Positions 54,123-64,000 of a stretch of DNA of 64,000 bases are shown here, piece after piece (within the stretch, counting starts at the first letter, position 1; each line of letters opens with the position of its first letter). Both the position numbers and the translations under genes were made by a program. The notes beneath the pieces were generated by a model, which ran no database searches, was not told where the DNA came from, and saw nothing but the letters and a program-made list of their open reading frames with translations. The stretch lies in NCBI GenBank assembly GCA_030265395.1, contig JARFYF010000050.1:16065634-16129633 (forward strand), read 5' to 3'. This DNA is from Rhina ancylostomus (taxonomy: Eukaryota).

Positions 54123-54240
54123 GAAGACACAAGAGATTGCAGATGCTGGAACTCAACAGGTTGAGCAGCATCTGTGGGGGGATGGAATTAGGAATCAGTC
54201 CTGATGCAGGGTCTCAACCCAAAACATTGACAATGCCTAC
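54123..54240. mobile_element. Two Penelope-like terminal pieces in opposite orientation
   Basis: 54123-54185 is antisense (agacacaagagattgcagatgctgga..gcagcatctgtgg); 54195-54240 is sense (cagtcctgatgcagggtctcaacccaaaacattgac). Confidence 0.7.
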
Positions 54241-56699
54241 CCCCCCCCCCGCGGGGGGNNNNNNNNNNNNNNNNNNNNNNNNNNNNNNNNNNNNNNNNNN
54301 NNNNNNNNNNNNNNNNNNNNNNNNNNNNNNNNNNNNNNNNNNNNNNNNNNNNNNNNNNNNNNNNNNNNNNNNNNNNNNNNNNNNNNNNNNNNNNNNNNNN
54401 NNNNNNNNNNNNNNNNNNNNNNNNNNNNNNNNNNNNNNNNNNNNNNNNNNNNNNNNNNNNNNNNNNNNNNNNNNNNNNNNNNNNNNNNNNNNNNNNNNNN
54501 NNNNNNNNNNNNNNNNNNNNNNNNNNNNNNNNNNNNNNNNNNNNNNNNNNNNNNNNNNNNNNNNNNNNNNNNNNNNNNNNNNNNNNNNNNNNNNNNNNNN
54601 NNNNNNNNNNNNNNNNNNNNNNNNNNNNNNNNNNNNNNNNNNNNNNNNNNNNNNNNNNNNNNNNNNNNNNNNNNNNNNNNNNNNNNNNGCCCAATTTGAA
54701 GCCTTTCAGGTGCTGTTTCCACTTATCGTTAATTGAATCAGGACTGAGCTTAGCTCTTTCCAGCTGTTTAAAGGAACGATACTTCAGCCAAGTTGCAGCC
54801 TGGCTTCCACTCGTGGTTGGTCACAAAAGTGAGATGCAGGGATCCATGCTGGGCCAATTACGATTTCCTTTATTTAATGAGAACGTAGCCAATATGATTG
54901 TACCTATCAATGTTTGTTAAACTAGTTTGCAAATCTGAATTCACTCTATTTTGACAGTTTGATTGAGCTGAGTTATAGTTTCAGTTGAAGCCGGTAAAGC
55001 AAAGCTTCTGCAAATGGTTCCTGCAGGTCCTGTGGCTGTTCAAATGACACTTCTGACATTCACCCTTTGCAATCAAGGGAGCCCAGTTCTGGTGCTAACA
55101 CTGGTGAAGTACATATGTTTCATTCATGCTAACAGTGAATAATAGCCATTGCCCACCACTGTCTCCTTACACAGTGGCAGACTTGTTAGACTCAAGTTTG
55201 TGCACTTGGAACATTTTAAGTCAGCTTGTTCTGTCCTGCTTTGGTGCATAGCATGTTTCATTGGGTAGGAAGGAGTGGGGAGAGTTGAGTTGAAAGTCTG
55301 CACAGTATTAATCGTTAGTTCAGTGGAATGCAGCTCAACAGATCAACAGAGCCAAAGCAACCATTAAAAAAAAATCAAATCATTTTCACTGTGCAAGTTA
55401 TCAAAATCATTGTTGCTTTGATTGGGATCGGCTGCACAGAGAGTTGTCATTTTGTTTGCAGCTATTATAGTCTACTGCTGTTAATTAAAGGTAATTTTCT
55501 TGCTGAAAACAATTTGAGTTTATTGCAGAAGCTGCCTGTGGTGGCAAGACGGGCACTTTGTTTAGTAATGAAGCCTGAATCCTAGTATTTAAATGTCTCC
55601 TGGCCTCCTGAATGGGGTGCAGCTGCCTGTCCAGCACTAATTCTCGGCCTGGAGAGGACCCAGGATGAACCTCCTTTCTTGCATTGCCATTTGGAGTACG
55701 GGGTGGGATAGCTCCATGAAGAGACATTAGAAAAAGCTTTGGCATTGATCTCACATGCAATTAAATGTTTTTCCACAAACTGCAGCAGAAGATGCGTCCT
55801 GTTGGGTCTGTCATTACTTTGCTGCATTGCCCGAGGCTGCACTTTTATTCTTCAGAGACCATCTGCAGCAAACATGGGTTGTGGCAGTAATCATAACGAT
55901 AAAAGTATGACAACGCCATCCTTGTGTTATAAAAGTGATCTAAGTTAGGTGCATTGTTGGACTGAGAAACCTTAGTCTGATCTCAGAATCCAGCTTGGAA
56001 GCAGTGCATGATTGGTGATGCCTTATGAAAATAAAGAATTGGGAGAGACGGTTTCTGCAGGTTCTCTGGTTAACGTGCTGCCAAACAGTAAAGCAAGATT
56101 GTGCATGTCTTTCCAAAGATCAACCTTCCTCTTCAGTAAATAATTCCAACAGTAATTGTGACATGTCTCACACCCAAACAATCTAAACAACGGCTAATCT
56201 CAGTTTATGAAGGAACTGGTTGGCTTTTCTTTGTTCACTTCTATGATATTGTTTTTGAGTCTCCATATGACAAGCATGGAAATTGGAAACTGCATCATCA
56301 AGCTGGGACATATCTGATGGTCTCTCAGCTTCACCCTTTAGGTACATTTGGAAGTGGTTACATTTTCAATGGGCAAGTTCATGAATGTTTGAGATGATAA
56401 AATGGATGTCTTGTCCTGCATTTACACAAATGTTAAAACCTGCTCTCAGACATTTAAACCACTGATTAACACCGATGCAGGACATAGGCATGTGCAGATT
56501 AATTTATCTGTTTCTGCAAATAATGATTGTAAAGCTCTTTGGAAATGCTGATGGAAGAACCCTAATTTGAACCGGCTAAGAGCCCCATGAAATACTAGGA
56601 CAATATGCATAATACAACCGCAGGAAGTGTCAGTGTGGATGATAATGGTATCCCAGAAAACCTAAAGTCAAACAGACCGCTTCAAGAACTTCAGAAAAT

Positions 56700-57340
56700 C
56701 ATTAATGTATTAATCTCCTCCTCATTCAGGTTGGTCCAACCTTCTGCATGCAATTAGGATATTCCTCAAGCTTTATGGTGTAATTATCAAGTTACTCTGG
56801 TCAATTTGTGATAAGCTATTTGTTGGAGAGGCTGAGGGAGGAGTCAATCATCTCATCAGNNNNNNNNNGAACTACTCTACAACAAACAATCTTTCGTGGA
56901 CTGAGGACAACATGAAGTTACTTTCACACCACATACCTGTGGCTGCTCTGTGGAAACCTGTTGTGGACTTACACCTCTAAATATGGCACAGTTAGATAGC
57001 AATCATAGAACAGCCAGTGCTCCAAAGTTTCTGCCGTGGTCTGGTGATGAGTGGGCCTACTCACTTAATTTGTCTTTGGGAGTGATTGCAACTGACAACA
57101 GGATGAACACGGTGAAGGTCATGCAGGAGGGTAACTATAATAACGCGTGTGGTTTTGCACATAAACTAAATCTTGCTGTCACTTCTGCACCTGACAAACA
57201 CTGGTCTTTATGCAGCACCCCTGCCAACACACTTAGCATTTTCAATTATTTCCACAGATCAAAGAAATTGTAGAGCTCTGTGGCAGCTTCAACTTGAACA
57301 AGGCTTCCCAGCAACCCAAACAAAATGTTCATAGTGGCCA
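56700..57340 (+). mobile_element. hAT (Ac/ZBED1-like) transposase relic
   Basis: ORF 56950..57273 has IATDNRMNTVKV..CGFAHKLNLAV..IFNYFHRS, matching the hAT motifs TDN..N..KA, CxxH.LNL.V and YF..S. Confidence 0.7.
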
Positions 57341-57369
57341 TCATTTTACACTCCTTTATGAGGTCAAAC

Positions 57370-57760
57370 CACATGATGTTGCCATGTTTCCTGACACTAC
57401 ACTATCTTGGAAATTTCCTTGTTTGGATCAAGGTCTTTCCCTCTCCACCACTGTAACTTCCTCCTGGCCTAGACATCTATGTCGGTGCAGTTTCGGCCCT
57501 TTGACCATTCCCAACAATCACCAATCCACTAGTGGCTGTGCCTTTAGCTGCCAAGGCTTCAGTTCTGGAATATATCCCTGAACTGCTTCTTCCTCTAACT
57601 TTCTTTTTGCCTTTAAGAAGCTCTTAAAACCTAACCCTTTGACTGAGCTTTTGGTACCTTGTTTGGTATCCAATGCAGACAGTGATATTTTTGTGAAGTG
57701 CATCTGGATGTTTTACCATGTTACAAGTGTGATCTAATGCAAGCTGTTGTTCTTCATGAT
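57370..57760 (+). mobile_element. L2-type LINE 3' end
   Basis: tggctgtgcctttagctgccaagg..tctggaat..ccctgaac..tttaagaagctcttaaaaccta.cc.tttgactgagcttttgg (GxAFSxxxPxLWNxLP..FKxxLKT-like). Confidence 0.7.
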
Positions 57761-58681
57761 TTTCATTAATTACTACAAGATAATGTAAATAGCTCTATTC
57801 TGAGATTTGCTAATGACATGAAATGTGCATGGGGTTTAGTAATTTAGACACAAGCAATGGGCTGCAGTTTGATGTTGACAAAGAGGGGAATGGATCCATG
57901 CATCCTTTAGTGTAAATATAAATAAATAGCATAACACACTTGCAGTTAGGAAATTCAAGGTGGGGATATACCTGAAATGTTGCTGATCAGGTTAAAAGAT
58001 AAATAGGACTAATACCTGGTCACTTATTAAAAAGTGCGGAAGGTAGTGCAGGTGGCTTGTTCAATAAAAGGGACTTTAGGCTGGGTCATTCAGCATAAAA
58101 CTGGCCACTAAAGTCCCAGTGCTTCCTCACTTAAGGTCTTGATTTGGAGTAATGGTGCTGTCTTGCCTCACTCTGCTCATAGCTGAGCCAGATGGAGGAC
58201 TTTCAATCTACATGAACACAGTGGACTATGGTGCACCAAGCTCCATCATCCTCTTCACAGGCCAAGGAATTTAGTCGTGTAGTGTTGCCTTTTCCAGTGT
58301 GACATGAATGAAATCAATTTGCCCTCAGAGTGGAATGCAATTACAGTGGTTTCTGGGTCACATCACACTGAAGTTCAAGCCGATAGTGAATTGCCTCTCA
58401 ATGATAATGAGTTTACTGGATCAGATTCCCACACAATGATGGTATCCTCAGGTCAGACCATGTTAGTTCAGATGCACACAGTTAATGCTGACCAAAAGCC
58501 TCCCAGCCTTAGACAGTGCTCAATGTGGGTTGGGATGCCTAGGGTGGGATCACCTGGTGGCAGCTCAGAGGATCACTTCTCTTCAGTCAAGGACACATAA
58601 CTGAAGGTGTGCTTCTTCTGGTTTTCACACCCACAAAATTGCCAGGATAACAGAGTCATGGAGAGGGTCTTACACAATGAT

Positions 58682-58812
58682 GACACTAGAGACTTTAGAC
58701 GTGGGAGTCTGGAGCAAAAAACAATCTGTTGGAGGAACTCAGCAGGACAGGCAGCATCTGTGGAGGGAAATGGACAGTCGATGTTTTGGGTCGAGACCAT
58801 TTATCAGGATTC
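58682..58812 (-). mobile_element. Penelope-like terminal repeat (solo)
   Basis: tctggagcaaaaaacaatctgttggaggaactcagcaggacaggcagcatctgtggagggaaatggacagtcgatgttttgggtcgagacc is the reverse complement of the 51710-51850 type. Confidence 0.8.
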
Positions 58813-60449
58813 CAGGTGATATCTACACAATGATATCTAGTCTGAGCACTCTTAGTAAACAGGACAGGCTTTAAAAGTTAATGCTCCTTACTTTTGAGAG
58901 AAGTAGCCTCAAATAAGTTGTTCATGAGGTAATGAATGACTTAGACTCTGTCTAGTTGGACTGATTACTTTAGGAGCTAAGAAATAATAGCACTGGAAGT
59001 CATGCATATAAAAAGCTTAGGAACAGAAGCAGGGTAGACTTTGGGAAGAAATTCATTTCATGGAGAAACATAGGCCAGAGGAATAAGCTATCAAAAGACA
59101 AAGTGACCAACAAAGTAATAGAAGGGGACAAGTTTCCAAAGGGTTATTCCTTGTCGGAGGGATTCTGTGATTACGAAAAGTTAAGATCAACCTCTTGGAG
59201 TCTTCCTGTTTTAACAAGGGAGTCAGGGAATTTCCCAGAGTGTTTCTTGAATTGGACATACTTGATTTCTGGCATAATCCTTCACAGGAAATGCTTAGGA
59301 CTGAGTCAGGTACTGGGTTAGGGTTATCTGGTCAGATGGAGGAAGGACCAAATTTGAACCCTTCTTGAATAAATTCAAGTGCAAAACAGGGAGCCCAACA
59401 GTGATTCAGACATCCAGTGCATGGGACTACACCCCATCACTTTATCTAAGAGGCAGCATGAATCTGATGGCAGAAACATTGGCATGTATTTTAGGATGTT
59501 GAAAGAGAGAGCTCAGAGTATCTCTAGTCCTGCTTACATTGTAAGGCACCACTGACCCTTTTATTTTATTGCTGTTTGACTGAGCTCCTGCCTCAGCTGA
59601 GCACTGCCTTCTGTGTATTCTGCATTTTGTGCATGGCAAATACCGTGTGATCACTCCCATTCTAGTGCAAGTGTTACTGCAGGCCNNNNNNNNNNNNNNN
59701 NNNNNNNNNNNNNNNNNNNNNNNNNNNNNNNNNNNNNNNNNNNNNNNNNNNNNNNNNNNNNNNNNNNNNNNNNNNNNNNNNNNNNAGTGTTACTGCAGGC
59801 CTCAGAGAGGCCGAAAGGAAATGAATAATGAAACTACTAAATGTGTGTGTGGAAATAATATTAAATATCTCAGCAAACTAAGACTCCACTGTATTAACCA
59901 AACAATACAGCTTCCACCCCAGACACAAAAGAACATTTTTCACCGCATCAAGTTGCAACTCCACCTTCCAGCTTATTTAGCCGAGTCCTTTCAGCGCTTG
60001 AGCAAATTATAGTGATTTTACTAATGTGTCACAGCAGGGTGCAATGACTTCCCATTTTTACAAAGTACTCTGGCATCTTTCCAAATGCTGAACCCATTTA
60101 CCACATTCCATATAATTTTCTCAGTGATGGAACTCGTGTCTTTTAGCAAGTGCCAGGCCTCTTTATTTTCCCTTAGCACACCAATCCCCTGTTTCCAAAC
60201 ACCTTGCCCTTTCTACCCCAGGTCTGTTGCTGTAGGCAGAGCTCAGTGATTGGACTGCTGCACGACAGTGGAAACTTTTTCCAGCTTGGATCGCTGGTGG
60301 TTGCTAAGCTGGTTGTAGTATTAAATTCAGAGATCTACTTAACCATCAGTGCTGATGAACAAGGTGTGTGAATAATCAAATAGAAATAAAAGGTTTGTGT
60401 CCACCATGAAGTTTTCAGACTTCCCTAGATCTCGTTAACTCAAAAGGCA

Positions 60450-60900
60450 CAAAGAAACATGGGAGAAACAGAAGAACAAACAAAAAGGAGCAAAGGGCAG
60501 CAAAGGGCCCCCTTGAGCCTGCTCCACGTTTCAAGAAGATCATGGCCAACCTTGTAGCTCAGATCTGTTTTCCTGGCCAGTCCTCAAATCTTTTGATTCT
60601 CTCTAAGAAGCCAAGGCTTACAAACTTGAATACACTAAACCAAGGAGCATCCACGGCTCTCGGGTGTCAAGAACTCCAAAGATTTACAGTGCCTTGGCAG
60701 GGTGATCATCTTCATAATAGAAGGGCTGTCAGTATGTTAGGATGCAAAGATTGAACAGTAACTGGCACCAGTTTAAGTTGTTATCGGGATGTTGACTGCC
60801 AATTTTTCACACTTGCTCTCCAGTCACCTTCCCCTCTGAGTAAAGGATCGTGCTTGCAATTCAGACCTAAATGGCTGGCCACTTATCCTGAGACTATGAC
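60450..60900 (-). mobile_element. CR1 LINE 3' end (interrupted)
   Basis: ggcccccttgagcctgctccacgtttcaagaagatcatggc..gcatccacggctctcggg..gaactccaaagatttac..ctaaatggctggccacttat. Confidence 0.7.
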
Positions 60901-60909
60901 CTGTGGGCG

Positions 60910-61290
60910 TCCCAGTGGTGCTGCCTCACAACATGAGTGATCCGGGTTCAGTCCTGACATCCAGGGCTATCTATGTGGAGTTCACAAGAGTCACAGATTC
61001 AAATGGTTCAGAGTTGATACATTCTCCCTGTGACAACTTGGATTTCCTTGCATGCTTTGCTTTGCTTCCACACCCCAAGTACATGCGGCTTGATTGGTTA
61101 ACTGGCCAGTCTAAATTGCTCCTTGTAAAAATGTGGTAGAATCAAGGGGAGGGTGAGGTGGGGGAGGGGAGGGGAGGTGTTGGGGGAAGTTGGCGAAACA
61201 GGTTACAGGGAAAATTAATGGCAGAATGGGATTGCTCTGTGAGCTGGAATGGCCTCAAAAGGCCAAATAGTTTCGTTCTATGCTGTAAGG
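60910..61290 (+). mobile_element. HE1-like V-SINE
   Basis: gtgctgcctcacaac..ccgggttcagtcctgac..ctatgtggagtt..cattctccctgtgac..ggttaactggccagtctaaattgctcc; paralogous to 39185-39480. Confidence 0.8.
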
Positions 61291-62279
61291 AAATCTGGAA
61301 ATATCCAGCAAGTAAAACAGCCTCTCAGCATCTTCCCCATCAATTCCCTTCAGGATTGAAAAAATGTCGGCACAACATCGTGGCACAACATTACTGTGCT
61401 GTAATGTTTTATGTTCTAATATTATTCATTTCATTACGAATGAGATTTTGCTGGTGGATACAACATTTGTTTTTGCATTTTGCAGTTGACTAAATCAAAG
61501 CACCAGCAGAGAGCCAGGCCATAGCTTTACCCCTGATGGACCAAAAATGGCAGAACATCAACATTTGGGAATCAATTGCTTCATTTGTACACAGCACCAA
61601 GTGTTTACATGCGGTATAGTCGTTTGCAAGGTCTTACCTTAGGGCATCATTAAATTGACAAAAAGAGGCCCTCCCCACAGTTTGAATATGTAAAGAAAAG
61701 TACACGTATATAGAGCATTGGAACTGAAATCAGTCAGCTCCACAACTCACATGGAATCAGTTACTGTTCAGTCATAGGAAGCTCAGGAAACGTGCTAGCT
61801 CACAAGTTATTTCGACAGGATCGTTCAATCTCCCTTTCCTTAATTTCAATACCGGCTTTCTTGCTGGCCCGGGCTCTTTGTTTCAGGCTCCACTCTCTCC
61901 CTCCAGCCCTGGGCCTTTTTCCATTCTCCCTTTGTTAGAATCCATTTTATCAGGTTGAAGTTCAAGTAACAGTTTTTGGTGTTTGAAAAGTTTAAGCATG
62001 TTCAAAGTGACCCTGTGTGCCAGGTGATGCGTAACTTTTAAAACATAAATGGGTCCAGCTGCAAACTGGAGATTGCATCAACCACAGATGTGGTTGTAAA
62101 TCTTTGATTCCACATTGATTAAGCACAGTAAAAGTTGTGGAAAGAAGTCAATCTGTCATGCAGTCTATGTAAGTTTGCAAAATCTGACCAACAGCTTCAA
62201 AAGTGCTGATCCAGCCCCCAGAAGGCTGATAACTCAAAAACAGCTCATAGTGAAAGGCAAAAGTTCATGTGAGCACTCT

Positions 62280-62660
62280 TTCTCTTCCCTTCCTCCCAGT
62301 TCCTGCTCCTACTCCCACTCAGTGAATGCCACGCTGCTTCTCGCCCTGCCCCAATTACAATGCTGAACTTCCAGGAACGTCTCCCTTCTTCCCAAGAAAT
62401 TCCCACCTCTGGACCCCTCTTCCTTGTCACCTGCCCCTTATCTATGCTCACCTCTTCCCTTCTTTCTTTCATCTCCTCCCTCCATTTCATTGCTATCCTG
62501 TGGTTTCACCTTTAGCTATTCCTGCTATCTCCTCTGCCTCTTGCTTTTCCTTTTAACCTCCTTCTTAGTGTGGTACACTCCTCCTTGTCCATTCCCTGTT
62601 GTATATTCCCACAGTCCCTTTCCCCATCTCTTCTCCCATCCATTTTTGCCTCAATTTCCA
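62280..62660. repeat. C/T-rich low-complexity tract
   Basis: Pyrimidine-skewed on the plus strand. Confidence 0.65.
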
Positions 62661-63048
62661 CATTCTGAGCCACACTGCTGCCTGACCCATCATACTAACA
62701 GGAGCTTTGCTGGAATATTGAATGCTACAAGTGAACAATTGCTTTGACAATTCCCAAATCCAGGAGGTGGTGTCTAGAATATCTTATATCCTATGACTGG
62801 AAAGGGAGGTACGGAGGAGATTGGATTGAGATGATATTGGACCCCAGAGGTTGTGTAACAGATGTGGATGCTACATCAGTATCACAAGAGCAGTATGTGA
62901 TGTAACTGGTGTACGTAAAATAAAATTCAATCCTTTCCTTTAACCTTAGCTGGACAAACAGATCAAGTGTTTGTACCTTTGAGTTTTGGGGCACATTTCC
63001 TGAGCAAGGTGCAAGGGATGAGACAACTGGTCAAAGCGGACTTGCGGC

Positions 63049-63272
63049 CTGACCCCTCTGATCACTATGGAGATGCACTCTGACCCTGGTGACCAATGTG
63101 GAGGAGCACTCTGACTCCACTGATCACCTGAGTTGCATTCTGATTTCACCGAACACCAGAGAGATGCATGCTGACCCAAATGATCATCATGGAGGTGCAC
63201 TCTGATCCCAATATTCACTATATAAATGCATTCTGATCCTGCTCATTGCCATGATGATGTACTCTGACCCTT
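63049..63272. repeat. Degenerate minisatellite, about 30-nt unit, about 7-8 copies
   Basis: The unit tgcactctgaccc..tgatcac..tggag recurs at roughly 30-nt spacing. Confidence 0.8.
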
Positions 63273-63460
63273 TTGATCTTTCATTCTTGGTCATTGTAAT
63301 ATTGGCTTCAATCCCCCACACCTCCACCAAAGAAATGGGGTCAAATTTTGACATTGCTCTCTCAAAGATTTGAAAACAACACAAGTCCATTGATTTTGGA
63401 TCACTGGCCCTGTGGGATGAAGAGGCATCCCTTGTATCATGGAGTGACGATACAAAGGGA

Positions 63461-63461
<1 letters not shown>

Positions 63462-63533
<72 letters not shown>
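63462..63533. repeat. (TG)n microsatellite running into a gap
   Basis: Directly visible perfect repeat. Confidence 0.98.
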
Positions 63534-64000
63534 NNNNNNNNNNNNNNNNNNNNNNNNNNNNNNNNNNNNNNNNNNNNNNNNNNNNNNNNNNNNNNNNNNN
63601 NNNNNNNNNNNNNNNNNNNNNNNNNNNNNNNNNNNNNNNNNNNNNNNNNNNNNNNNNNNNNNNNNNNNNNNNNNNNNNNNNNNNNCTGGGTGATTTACAG
63701 TCTGTGCCTACCTCAGATGTCAGGGGTCAGTGTAGGATGGTGGGTGGGAAGAGTGAGTGGGGAAGTACACAAACCTCAAGGAGCAAATGTAGACAAGTAC
63801 CTGCAGTACTCTCACACTGGAAGCCAGAGTCACCCTGACTCTCAAAATCTTGCCTCAGGATCCTTACAGACAGTCTCTGCTGAGATCTGCCACACACAAT
63901 GTTCTGCTGCATGGCAGAGGTCAGGAAATACTCTAATGGGGGATTCTCTGCTTTTCATAAATGTGTCTTTTGCACTTACACCTGGAAGGGGCACTTGGCT

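Noticed and set aside
59670-59801. agtgttactgcaggcc repeated across a gap
   Set aside because: Assembly overlap artefact.
63049-63272. Regularly spaced tgcactctga motif resembling a CRISPR array
   Set aside because: The unit is only about 30 nt, the intervening parts resemble each other, there are no cas genes and the context is vertebrate. It is a minisatellite.

Overview
Eukaryotic, gapped draft-assembly DNA. The repeat content (HE1/V-SINE, Deu-domain SINEs, CR1, Rex1, Penelope termini) points to a cartilaginous fish (shark or ray); this is an inference. The only well-supported gene is the 3' part of a minus-strand BAHCC1-type chromatin reader. Five coding exons with phase-consistent GT-AG junctions lie at 46026-45901, 44962-44789, 40658-39520, 37892-37656 and 37165-gap, encoding the end of a Tudor-like segment, a Ser-rich region and the BAH domain. 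A long 3' UTR probably runs to about 29050. The rest is intron or intergenic DNA full of decayed elements: a Gypsy LTR relic with a nested LINE, CR1/L2/Rex1 LINE pieces, Penelope pieces, a hAT transposase relic, SINEs and mini/microsatellites. I cannot support a new multi-gene system and there is no CRISPR. The most unusual observations are a 43-nt antisense copy of the gag start in the Gypsy leader, decayed hammerhead-ribozyme cores in Penelope termini, the mixed BAHCC1/TNRC18 character of the BAH domain, a CpG-rich promoter-like patch near 15 kb, and exon-like orphan segments downstream of BAHCC1. Family assignments come from recalled consensus sequences, not database searches. Repeat boundaries are approximate.
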